Assembly: GCF_007748075.1 (NCBI RefSeq) | Contig: NZ_CP036280.1 | Coordinates: 1,350,001 to 1,382,000, forward strand | DNA length: 32,000 nucleotides | From: Mucisphaera calidilacus | GTDB lineage: Bacteria > Planctomycetota > Phycisphaerae > Phycisphaerales > Phycisphaeraceae | Direction of reading: 5' to 3' | Part shown: one piece after another, positions 24,377 through 32,000 of the stretch | How the letters are laid out: every line of letters begins with the position of its first letter | How positions within the stretch are numbered: the stretch's first letter is position 1 | Position numbers and translations under genes: made by a program | Notes under the pieces: model-generated | Seen by the model: only the letters and a program-made list of their open reading frames with translations | Database searches by the model: none | What the model was told of the DNA's origin: nothing

Positions 24377-25630
24377 TTAGCCGCCGTTCAGCACCGATTC
24401 GACCGCCGAGAGCCCCTCGTCCAGTAGCTCCTCTGGAATCGTCAGAGGTGGGGCGAGCCGCAGCACGCCTGTCTTGCTTGCGTTCACCATCACGCCTTTC
24501 TTGTGCAGCGTCTTCACCACGTCCGCGACCGCAGGTGTCGCCGAGGGCAGCTTGTCCGGATCCAGTTCCACACCGATAAACAGACCATGTCCGCGTGCCT
24601 CCACGACCGCATCACATCGCTCTGCAAAGGACGACAGCCGCTCCACCACACCCGCACCCAATCGCTCTGCACGTTCGTCAAGCCGCTCTTCCTCGATCAC
24701 CCGGAACACGGTGGCCGTCGCCGCCATCGCCAGGCAGTTCCCGCCGAGCGTGGTCGCGTGCGTCACCTTGCCGTTCTTCGCAACACTGTAGTGTTCGGCC
24801 ACCTCGGGACGTGCGCACATCACGCCCACAGGCAGCCCCCCACCCACACCCTTGCCGAGCGTCATGATGTCGGGCACGACGTCCCAGAGTTGATGCCCGA
24901 AGACCCTGCCCGTGCGTCCGCAGCCGGTCCAGACCTCGTCGGCGATCAGCAGCAGGTCACGCTCGTCGCAGAACGCACGCAGTCGCTTGAAGTAGTCCGA
25001 GTCCGGAATGTTGATGCCACCCTCGCCCTGGATCGGCTCGACGATCACCGCCACGGTCTCGTCATCCACCGCGGAAGCAATCGCGCCAAGGTCGTTGTAG
25101 GCCACGTTCGTGAACCCCGGCAGGAGCGGCTCGAATCCCTGACGTACAGCGTCCTGACCCGTGGCTCCCATCGTCGCGAACGACCGGCCGTGGAAACTCT
25201 TTGTCGCTGAGACCACCTTGTAACGACCCCACTCACCTGCCGCCTGTCCGCGGTTTGCCTTGCCATACAGCCGGGCCAGCTTGATAGCGGCCTCGTTCGC
25301 GTCTGCGCCGCTGTGCGAGAAGAAACTCAGTCCGCCAAAGCCCAGTCGCTTGATCCGCTCCGCGGCGTCGACCTGCGGCTCGGTGTGCATCAGGTTCCCG
25401 ACGTGCCAGAGCTTGCAAGCCTGTTCGGTCACAGTGCGGACCATCTCCGTATGACAGTGGCCGAGCACCGGCGCTCCAAACCCTGCGAACAGATCGATGT
25501 ACCGCTTGCCCTCAAGGTCATAGAGCAGGCTCCCCTCGCCACGCTCAATCGCGATCGGGTAACGCCCGTAGTTCGGCGACAGCGATGCGTCAGCCCGTGA
25601 GATCAGTTCCTGTGTCTTCGATGCGGTCAA
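24377..25630 (-). CDS. argD: Class III PLP-dependent aminotransferase, acetylornithine aminotransferase-like
   Basis: YGRYPIAIERGEGSLLYDLEGKRYIDLFAGFG, FFSHSGADANEAAIKLAR, DEVWTGCGRTG and TLGKGVGGG. The start is re-called to the TTG at 25630, which has AGGAG 7 nt upstream. The ORF-track ATG at 25723 lies inside the HU terminator hairpin. Confidence 0.85.
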   Translation of the reverse strand: MTASKTQELISRADASLSPNYGRYPIAIERGEGSLLYDLEGKRYIDLFAGFGAPVLGHCHTEMVRTVTEQACKLWHVGNLMHTEPQVDAAERIKRLGFGGLSFFSHSGADANEAAIKLARLYGKANRGQAAGEWGRYKVVSATKSFHGRSFATMGATGQDAVRQGFEPLLPGFTNVAYNDLGAIASAVDDETVAVIVEPIQGEGGINIPDSDYFKRLRAFCDERDLLLIADEVWTGCGRTGRVFGHQLWDVVPDIMTLGKGVGGGLPVGVMCARPEVAEHYSVAKNGKVTHATTLGGNCLAMAATATVFRVIEEERLDERAERLGAGVVERLSSFAERCDAVVEARGHGLFIGVELDPDKLPSATPAVADVVKTLHKKGVMVNASKTGVLRLAPPLTIPEELLDEGLSAVESVLNGG

Positions 25631-25680
25631 GGTGCGGCTCCTCTGGGAATGGGTCAAAAACCATTGTGACCGTTCCTGAC

Positions 25681-25717
25681 GCAAAAAGAAAAACCCCGAG
25701 GCTGACCTCGGGGTTTT
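25681..25717 (-). terminator. Rho-independent terminator downstream of the HU gene
   Basis: Stem CCCCGAGG (25694-25701), loop CTGA, stem CCTCGGGG (25706-25713). On the minus strand it is followed by TTTTTCTTTTT. A TTTT run on the plus side makes it potentially bidirectional. Confidence 0.85.
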
Positions 25718-25744
25718 CGTCAATGACGTATCAAAAGGGGGGGA

Positions 25745-26077
25745 TCAGACCATTTCCTTGAGCGGCTTGAGCGCACGCAGCTTCACGACGGTGGTCGCGG
25801 GCTTGGCGGCGATCTTGATCTCTTCGCCGGTCGCCGGGTTGCGGCCCATGCGTGCCTTGGTGGCCTTCTTGCGGAAACGGACGATCTTCAGCAGGCCCGG
25901 AACGGTGAACGCGCCCGAGCCACGGGTGCTGCCGACTTCTTTCTTGATCAGCGCCGTCATCGAGTCAAACACGGCCGACACGTCCTTCTTGGTCAGGCCC
26001 GTGTCATCGGCGATGGCGGAGAAAAGCTGGGTTTTGGTGAGAGGTTTCTTGGCGACTTTCGCGGTCTTCTTGGCCAT
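25745..26077 (-). CDS. hup: HU-family DNA-binding protein with a short Lys/Ala-rich N-terminal extension
   Basis: MAKKTAKVAKKP, then TKTQLFSAIADDTGLTKKDVSAVFDSM and the arm RMGRNPATGEEIKIAAK. AGGAG lies 8 nt upstream of the ATG. Confidence 0.9.
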   Translation of the reverse strand: MAKKTAKVAKKPLTKTQLFSAIADDTGLTKKDVSAVFDSMTALIKKEVGSTRGSGAFTVPGLLKIVRFRKKATKARMGRNPATGEEIKIAAKPATTVVKLRALKPLKEMV

Positions 26078-26457
26078 CAGTGGCGCTCCTGTAAGACGTT
26101 GCCGGGTCTCGTTGCGCCCCCTGCGGACGCCTTTCCGAGTTCCCCGTCCGCCGAAGTTATCGGTCTCTCGCCCTGTTTAACCTGTAATTTTCCTGATCAA
26201 AACGTAATCGGGGCTTGAATCCCCCATAAATCAGGGCATCTCACCCCCTCAACGTGCGCACCATCCCTCATCAGTCCCCTGCCGGCGGTTGTCATATTGG
26301 CAGTCGCCGAGGCCGCTTCCCGCACGCTGGCAGGGTCAAAACCCGCTGTTTCGGGCTGTCAGAGCCGATTTGTGATTGGCACCGCCTTTGCGGACTCTTC
26401 ATACGGCCCCACGGAGGCCAAGCGAATACATCACCTTCCCCAGATGGGAGTCAGATT

Positions 26458-28362
26458 ATGTCCAAGATCATCGGAATTGACCTCGGCACCACCAATTCGG
26501 TCGTCGCCGTCATGGAAGCCGGCTCACCCAAGGTGCTCATCAACAGCTCCGGCAACCGAACCACACCCTCGATTGTCGCCTTCACCGACAAGGGTGAGCG
26601 GCTCGTCGGTCAGCAGGCCAAGCACCAGCAGGTGACCAACCCCAAGAACACGGTCTACTCCATCAAGCGCTTCATGGGGCGACGCCATCACGAGGTGGAA
26701 TCCGAGGAGAAGATCGTTCCGTACGCCGTCACAGGCGGCGCGGACGAGCTGGTCAAGGTCAACGTCCGCGACAAGGACTACACCCCGCAGGAGATCTCCG
26801 CGATGATCCTGCAGGACCTCAAAAAGACCGCCGAGGATTACCTCGGCGAGTCGGTCGAGCGCGCGGTCATCACCGTCCCGGCCTATTTCAACGACGCTCA
26901 GCGGCAGGCCACGAAGGACGCCGGCGAGATCGCGGGCCTGAAGGTTGACCGCATCATCAACGAGCCCACCGCCGCTGCGCTCGCCTACGGACTCGACAAG
27001 CAGTCCAACGAGAAGATCGCCGTGTTCGACCTGGGCGGCGGCACCTTCGACGTCTCCATCCTCGACGTCGGTGACGGCGTCTTCGAGGTGCTCTCCACCT
27101 CCGGCGACGGGCACCTCGGCGGTGACGACTGGGACGAGGCGATCATTGATTACCTCGCCGACGAGTTCAAGCGGCAGGAAGGTGTCGATCTGCGTCAGGA
27201 TGCCATGGCACTCCAACGCCTCAAGGAAGCCGCTGAGAAGGCCAAGTGCGAGCTTTCGAGTGCTCAGGAAACCACCGTCAACCTTCCCTTCATCACCGCG
27301 ACCAACGAAGGCCCGAAGCATCTGCAGATCACGCTCACCCGCGCGAAGTTCGAGCAGGTCTGCGAGTCGCTGTTCAACCGCATCCGCATCCCGGTCGAGG
27401 CCGCGCTCAGCGACGCCGGCCTGAAGGCGGGCGATGTCGCTGAGGTCGTTCTTGTTGGTGGATCGACCCGGATGCCCAAGGTTCAGGAGATCGCTCAGGA
27501 GCTCTTCGGCAAGGAACCCAACAAGTCCATCAACCCCGACGAGGTTGTTGCGCTTGGTGCAGCGATCCAGGGCGGCGTTCTCCAGGGCGACGTCAAGGAT
27601 GTGCTGCTCCTCGACGTCACGCCTCTTTCGCTTGGCATCGAGACGCTCGGCGGCGTCATGACGAAGCTGATCGAACGCAACACGACCATTCCAACCGAGC
27701 GCAGCGAGACTTTCTCGACCGCCGCCGACAACCAGTCCGAGGTCACCATCCATGTCCTCCAGGGCGAACGTGAATTCGCCAACGACAACCGTACCCTCGG
27801 CCGATTCAATCTCACGGGGATTCCCGCCGCACCCCGGGGCGTCCCCCAGATCGAGGTCGCCTTCAAGATCGACGCCAATGGCATCCTCAACGTCTCCGCT
27901 AAGGACAAGGGCACCGGCACCGAGCAGTCGATCGAGATCAAGGGCTCCTCGGGTCTCTCCGACGACGAGATCAACAAGATGAAGACCGAGGCCGAGGCCA
28001 ACGCCGACGCTGACAAGGCGCGGCGTGAGCTCGTCGATGTCCGCAACCAGGCCGACAGCGCTGCCTATCAGATCAAGAAGCAGCTCGAGGAGCACGGCGA
28101 GAAGGTTCCCGCCGAGATCCGCAGCGGCATCGAGTCGGCCATCTCGAACCTCGAAGAGAAGACCAAGACCGACGATAAGGACGCCATCAAGGCCGCTCTG
28201 GACGCCCTGCAGGAAGAGGGCATGAAACTCGGCCAGGCGATCTATCAGTCCACGGAGGCGGGCGACGCCGCTTCGGACGCAGCCGGCTCCGAGCAGACGC
28301 AGGACTCGACGTCAGATACCGACGACGACGTGATTGACGCCGACTACGAGGTCAAGAAATAA
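26458..28362 (+). CDS. dnaK: Molecular chaperone DnaK (Hsp70)
   Basis: [42 protein letters not shown] and a C-terminal acidic tail. The ATG at 26458 is preceded by GGGAG. The ORF-track start at 26254 adds a non-homologous extension. Confidence 0.97.
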   Translation: MSKIIGIDLGTTNSVVAVMEAGSPKVLINSSGNRTTPSIVAFTDKGERLVGQQAKHQQVTNPKNTVYSIKRFMGRRHHEVESEEKIVPYAVTGGADELVKVNVRDKDYTPQEISAMILQDLKKTAEDYLGESVERAVITVPAYFNDAQRQATKDAGEIAGLKVDRIINEPTAAALAYGLDKQSNEKIAVFDLGGGTFDVSILDVGDGVFEVLSTSGDGHLGGDDWDEAIIDYLADEFKRQEGVDLRQDAMALQRLKEAAEKAKCELSSAQETTVNLPFITATNEGPKHLQITLTRAKFEQVCESLFNRIRIPVEAALSDAGLKAGDVAEVVLVGGSTRMPKVQEIAQELFGKEPNKSINPDEVVALGAAIQGGVLQGDVKDVLLLDVTPLSLGIETLGGVMTKLIERNTTIPTERSETFSTAADNQSEVTIHVLQGEREFANDNRTLGRFNLTGIPAAPRGVPQIEVAFKIDANGILNVSAKDKGTGTEQSIEIKGSSGLSDDEINKMKTEAEANADADKARRELVDVRNQADSAAYQIKKQLEEHGEKVPAEIRSGIESAISNLEEKTKTDDKDAIKAALDALQEEGMKLGQAIYQSTEAGDAASDAAGSEQTQDSTSDTDDDVIDADYEVKK

Positions 28363-28381
28363 GAACCCCTCAGCGCACATG

Positions 28382-28414
28382 AAAAACCCCGTGGCTCTGG
28401 CCACGGGGTTTTTT
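28382..28414. terminator. Bidirectional rho-independent terminator shared by dnaK and the convergent lipoprotein gene
   Basis: AAAAA, stem CCCCGTGGC (28387-28395), loop TCTG, stem GCCACGGGG (28400-28408), then TTTTTT. Confidence 0.85.
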
Positions 28415-28439
28415 GATGGTCACGTTTCGTGATGCGTCA

Positions 28440-29333
28440 TCATTCAGCGTCATCCGCCTGAGTCTGGTCCGAGTCCGTGTTCTCGCCATGATCTGGCTCC
28501 GAAACCGGGCTCTCAACCACCGGAAGCTCATCGATCCGCGCGTTCAGGGGTGGCGCGAACGTCCCGCGTTCCGGCTCGACAAAACGGATGTTGCTGATGG
28601 TCGCGTGCCCCTTGGGCTTGCCCATCTTCCCCTGTTCGGGGTCCCAGTATGAGAACGTCCAGTCCGTAGCAAAGGCAACGCCATCCACCGTCTTGAAGCC
28701 GGCGTACTCGATGACGCTCGGCGACGCCTCCGCCTCTTCCTTGGTCTTGTTGTAGGTCACGATGTACGCCATGGCACGCAGGGCATCGGTGTCGGGGTCC
28801 TTCATCAGGATGTACCAGTCGTCCGGCGCATCACCCACACCCGACGCGAACGTGAGCTTCAGGCCCGGGTAGGACTGTTCCGCGGTCAGCAGCACCTCGC
28901 CGACCTCCTCGTACATCACGCCTGTATCCGCCAGCTTCATCGGTGCCGCCAGGAAATATGGCCACGTCAGCAGGTGGAATCGAGCCATCTGCACGGCCGA
29001 GTCCTCGGGCGTCACCCAGGCGTTGTTGCCATCGAAAACCAGAATGGTCCCGTCGGCCAGCGTCATCCGGGCCTTGCTGACCTCCCGGTTGAACAGCATC
29101 GTGCCCTCGATCAGTGTCGAGCCGCCGAATTCAACCACGAAATCCGCCTCGACAGCCTGCTTCTGGGCGTACCTGCCGGCCCCGTAGGCCAGTTCGATCT
29201 GTTCGACGTACTCGGGCTTCGGCGGAACTTCGACCGTCTGCGCAGGTGTTGATTCACTTGAGATCTTGCAACCCAGAGCGAGATTCAGCACCGGCAGGGC
29301 GGCCATAACGAGCATCAGACGTTTCCAACCCAT
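28440..29333 (-). CDS. Predicted lipoprotein of unknown function
   Basis: MGWKRLMLVMAALPVLNLALGC signal peptide with lipobox. The ATG at 29333 has AGGAG at 8-nt spacing. Acidic C-terminal tail. No family recognised with confidence. Confidence 0.6.
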   Translation of the reverse strand: MGWKRLMLVMAALPVLNLALGCKISSESTPAQTVEVPPKPEYVEQIELAYGAGRYAQKQAVEADFVVEFGGSTLIEGTMLFNREVSKARMTLADGTILVFDGNNAWVTPEDSAVQMARFHLLTWPYFLAAPMKLADTGVMYEEVGEVLLTAEQSYPGLKLTFASGVGDAPDDWYILMKDPDTDALRAMAYIVTYNKTKEEAEASPSVIEYAGFKTVDGVAFATDWTFSYWDPEQGKMGKPKGHATISNIRFVEPERGTFAPPLNARIDELPVVESPVSEPDHGENTDSDQTQADDAE

Positions 29334-29512
29334 GATCATGACTCCTAGTAAGGGATCCAGAGCCCTGACCATATGCCTAAGCCACCATTTCGGCCACCCA
29401 GCGTCCATTTTGAGTCAGCGCTGCAAGATTCCGCCCCCACGCCCGACTCCATCATCAGGCCGGCAGCGTGCCGCCCAGACCACCTCACTCGCCATACGGC
29501 AGGAGCCCCACC

Positions 29513-30352
29513 ATGATCTACAGCACACTCAAGATCGCCGGCGTCACCGTCGCAGGCACCGTCGTCCTCGGCGGCCTGGTCTTCGGCACCGAACTCGGCA
29601 GCTACGCATCCACCTCATGGAACTCGATGACGACCTCGATCCGTGACAGCGTCCCTCTCGAAATCGAACTTCAGCGGGCACGCGACCTGCTCGACCAGAT
29701 CATCCCCGAGATGCGTGCCAACATCCGCGTCATCGCCGAGGAGGAGGTCGAGTTGCAGGGGCTCAGCCGTGAGATCGATAAGGCCTCCGTGCGGCTCTCA
29801 GACCAGCGTGCCGGTGTCGAGCACCTTCGTTCGATGCTTGCTGTCGAGCACGCCTCCTACCGCGTCGGCAATCATCACGTCTCGCGGGACGAGGTTCGCA
29901 GCGACCTGGCTCGTCGCTTCGCCCTCCTTCAGGAAGCCGAGGCTTCCGTCGAGGCCAAGCGGCGTCTTTTCAAGGGTCGCCAGGCCGCGCTCGACGCAGC
30001 TATCAGCGCTCTCGAGAAGACACGTGTCCAGAAGGCCGAACTCGAGGCCCAGATCGAGGCCCTCGACGCGCAGCACCGGCTGATCCAGGCTGCCTCCGTC
30101 GGATCGGGCACGTCCATTGACCAGAGCAAGATCGCGCAGACTAACGATCTCATCAGCCAGATCCGCAAGCGTCTCGACGTCGCGGAGCGGACCCTTGCCC
30201 GTGAAGGTGAGTTCATCACCGACCTCACAATCGAACCCGCCCCGAGGGTCGATGAGGCGTCCCTGCTCTCGGAGGTCGATGCTTATCTCGGCAACGATCA
30301 ACTCGCCGTTGAGACACAGGCCGCGCCGGATCGCGGAACCGCAACCCCCTGA
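29513..30352 (+). CDS. Membrane-anchored coiled-coil protein, possibly PspA/IM30-like
   Basis: N-terminal TM segment (LKIAGVTVAGTVVLGGLVFG), then about 200 aa of heptad-rich helix. LLDQIIPEMRANIRVIAEEEVEL and LEAQIEALDAQHRLIQAA recall the PspA layout. AGGAG lies 7 nt upstream of the ATG. Confidence 0.55.
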   Translation: MIYSTLKIAGVTVAGTVVLGGLVFGTELGSYASTSWNSMTTSIRDSVPLEIELQRARDLLDQIIPEMRANIRVIAEEEVELQGLSREIDKASVRLSDQRAGVEHLRSMLAVEHASYRVGNHHVSRDEVRSDLARRFALLQEAEASVEAKRRLFKGRQAALDAAISALEKTRVQKAELEAQIEALDAQHRLIQAASVGSGTSIDQSKIAQTNDLISQIRKRLDVAERTLAREGEFITDLTIEPAPRVDEASLLSEVDAYLGNDQLAVETQAAPDRGTATP

Positions 30353-30424
30353 CCCGCGTACCTGTCACCATTGTCTTCCTGAACGTAGAATCGCCCCCGG
30401 ACCCGGCTCGGGTGGAGGTGCAAC

Positions 30425-31945
30425 GTGCTCCTGCTCCAATTCAAACGAGCCGAGGCAGCCCTTGCTGGCGGGCGACTCGATGAAGCCTGGCGTATCGCCA
30501 GCAAGCCCAGGGTCAGAGCGCATCGCAGGGGCCAGGCCCTCATCCAGAATCTCCTCGCCGCCTGGACACGGCGGGGCAACGAGCATCTCGATCACGGCCG
30601 GCTCGACCAGGCCATGCAGGACTACCGCAGAGCCGCCGGCATCGAGCCCAACGATCGGAATGTTGCCTCACTCGGACAGAAGCTCAGGCAGGCACTGGAC
30701 AGCCATGAACGCCATCGTCAGCGCAAGGACCACGCCCTTCAGCACGTCGCCGATCGGATCGCCTCCGGATCATGGTCGGCCGCGCGGCATGCGCTCAACA
30801 ATCTGTCCGGTACCCAAAACGGTACCCCTTCCCTGATGAACGACCTCGACCGCCGAGAGAGCAGCTTGCGACGACAGACCGAGGCGGCTGCCGCCGCACT
30901 CGAGACCCGGGATTGGGCTCGGGTCGCAGCACTCTTGGTTCAGGCACGCTCGATCCGATCCACAGACAGCACCGTCGAGCAACTCCGCCGGCGGCTGATT
31001 GATGAGGCGGGTGAGCAACTCAGGGAGGCCTATCTCGGTGCAAGACTCGCAGAGGCAGAACCCCTCGCCGCGACGCTTCAGCCGCTGATCCACACCACCG
31101 ACCGTCCCGGGCCGATCATCACCTCGCTCGGTGCCTTGACCGAGACACGCGACGCGCTGGCCACCGGCGACCTCGAACGCGCAGCACGACACGCCGGCCG
31201 CGCCGCCTCGCTCGTTCCCGAGGCCCAGTGGACACGTCAGCTCACCAGTGATCTCCAGCAGGCGCTCGATACCCTGCGCGACGCGCTGAACGGGCCGCTC
31301 GCCGCACTCACCACAACCTCCAGCGACCATCCCGCCGACGTCGATACCGCCACACTTATGAGTCCCGCGCCAACCCCCAGGCCAACGCCGGCTCCGGAAC
31401 CCGCCGCCCGGCAGCACGAGATCCTCTGCATTGATGGCGTGGGATCCTTCCTTCTCTGTCACGGCAGCAGCGTCAGCATCGGCCCGGCCGCCAGCGAGCA
31501 CCATGACATTCCCTTGCTGACCGATCCCTCCGCCACCGCCATGACCATCCAACGCGAGGAGGAGGGGTACACCCTCCGCAGCGACAGTCAGATACAGGTT
31601 CTCCGGCACGACCAGCGGATCTCGTTACCCCCCAACAACCGCATCCGCTTCTGCCAGCCTCATCCCGCCAGCGGCAGCGCTGTTGTGGAGATTGTCCGGG
31701 GACGCATCGCGAACACCGATGCACGACACGCCATCCTGCTCGATCATCAGTTCGTCATCGGAGCGGGGCCGCAGGCACACGTCCGCGTCGACACACTCGA
31801 CCCCTCCATCGTCGTCTACCTGAGACCCGATGGGCTCTGGGCACGGCCCGCCGGCAGCGACCAGCAGGCCGCCGTCCAACTCAACCTCGACCAGTCCGTC
31901 TCCGTCAACGGACTCCGGATGCGACGCGAACGACTCACGCCCTGA
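30425..31945 (+). CDS. Helical-repeat (TPR-like) protein with two degenerate FHA-like C-terminal modules
   Basis: GTG start with GGAGG 6 nt upstream. N-terminal Ala/Arg/Leu-rich helical repeats (GRLDQAMQDYRRAAGIEPND). A Pro-rich linker. Then ILCIDGVGSFLLCHGSSVSIGPAASEHHDIPLLTD...MTIQREEEGYTL and HAILLDHQFVIGAGPQAHVRVD...VSVNGLRM, which follow FHA topology but lack the canonical Arg/Ser/His triad. Confidence 0.55.
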   Translation: MLLLQFKRAEAALAGGRLDEAWRIASKPRVRAHRRGQALIQNLLAAWTRRGNEHLDHGRLDQAMQDYRRAAGIEPNDRNVASLGQKLRQALDSHERHRQRKDHALQHVADRIASGSWSAARHALNNLSGTQNGTPSLMNDLDRRESSLRRQTEAAAAALETRDWARVAALLVQARSIRSTDSTVEQLRRRLIDEAGEQLREAYLGARLAEAEPLAATLQPLIHTTDRPGPIITSLGALTETRDALATGDLERAARHAGRAASLVPEAQWTRQLTSDLQQALDTLRDALNGPLAALTTTSSDHPADVDTATLMSPAPTPRPTPAPEPAARQHEILCIDGVGSFLLCHGSSVSIGPAASEHHDIPLLTDPSATAMTIQREEEGYTLRSDSQIQVLRHDQRISLPPNNRIRFCQPHPASGSAVVEIVRGRIANTDARHAILLDHQFVIGAGPQAHVRVDTLDPSIVVYLRPDGLWARPAGSDQQAAVQLNLDQSVSVNGLRMRRERLTP

Positions 31946-31970
31946 GTGATAGCCAGGAGCAGGGACCGCG

Positions 31971-32000
31971 ATGAACACCACATCCCCACAAAAGGGCTAC
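31971..32000 (+). CDS. Start of an unidentified ORF running off the window
   Basis: ATG at 31971 with AGGAG about 11 nt upstream. Only 10 codons are visible. Confidence 0.25.
   Translation, partial: MNTTSPQKGY

Noticed and set aside
24377-25723. ORF-track start (ATG at 25723) for the aminotransferase, and similar long N-terminal extensions at 6039, 7755, 9326, 9771, 19689, 21024, 22042, 26254, 29408 and 29468
   Set aside because: The extensions lack family-like sequence and overlap upstream genes or, as here, a terminator hairpin. Internal starts with Shine-Dalgarno-like motifs give N-termini that match the families, so the starts were re-called.
26214-26229. CTTGAA and CCCCATAA boxes resembling sigma32 -35 and -10 elements upstream of dnaK
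   Set aside because: The two boxes are separated by only 2 nt instead of roughly 13-15, so they cannot act together as an RpoH-type promoter. No alternative partner box sits at the proper spacing.
26524-28095. 523-aa ORF antisense to dnaK
   Set aside because: It lies entirely within, and opposite to, an unmistakable Hsp70 gene. Its composition (Leu/Arg/Gly/Asp/Val-rich, no recognisable motifs) is what a GC-rich antisense frame yields. Long antisense ORFs in dnaK are a known statistical artefact.
1-32000. Search by eye for tRNA/tmRNA/rRNA, CRISPR repeats, IS elements, integrases, toxin-antitoxin pairs or known defence genes
   Set aside because: I saw no T-loop/acceptor-like sequences in the intergenic gaps, no regularly spaced direct repeats, and no transposase, recombinase or nuclease-type ORFs. 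The composition looks uniform across the window, so I see no evidence of a mobile or defence island.

Overview
GC-rich, very gene-dense chromosomal segment with about 30 protein-coding genes. I recognise no rRNA, tRNA, CRISPR array, transposase or integrase. The gene content (several prepilin-type N-terminal proteins, a giant LamG protein, PSP1, a lysine-rich HU, a monocistronic dnaK) suggests a PVC-group bacterium, probably Planctomycetota or Phycisphaerae-like. That placement is inference only. Most genes are housekeeping: HDAC-like deacetylase, HAD phosphatase, truA, accD, FAH-family hydrolase, ndk, an MFP-RND efflux pair, GT2/GT4 glycosyltransferases, metF, PSP1, an argD-like aminotransferase, HU and dnaK. 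The most unusual locus lies at 8.7-13.6 kb. It is a stand-alone minor-pseudopilin cassette: an H-like gene diverges from a translationally coupled I-J-K-like trio. The K-like subunit is a 1082-aa fusion of an alpha/beta module, a beta-helix and two LamG lectin-like domains, and no pilus or secretion machinery lies nearby. Other items worth a second look: an HDAC plus two YkgJ cysteine-cluster genes in one tight operon; a GT4 plus BshB1/LmbE-like pair; an orphan fused siroheme-decarboxylase-like gene; a possible ydaO (c-di-AMP)-like leader before a 3D-domain wall hydrolase; a PSP1 protein with duplicated K3R8-9 tracts; and a lipoprotein / membrane-anchored PspA-like / TPR plus degenerate-FHA cluster at the 3' end. 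I found no clear-cut novel defence or mobile system. All domain calls come from reading motifs in the supplied translations, and no searches were run. Long ORFs antisense to recognisable genes are treated as GC-driven shadow ORFs.
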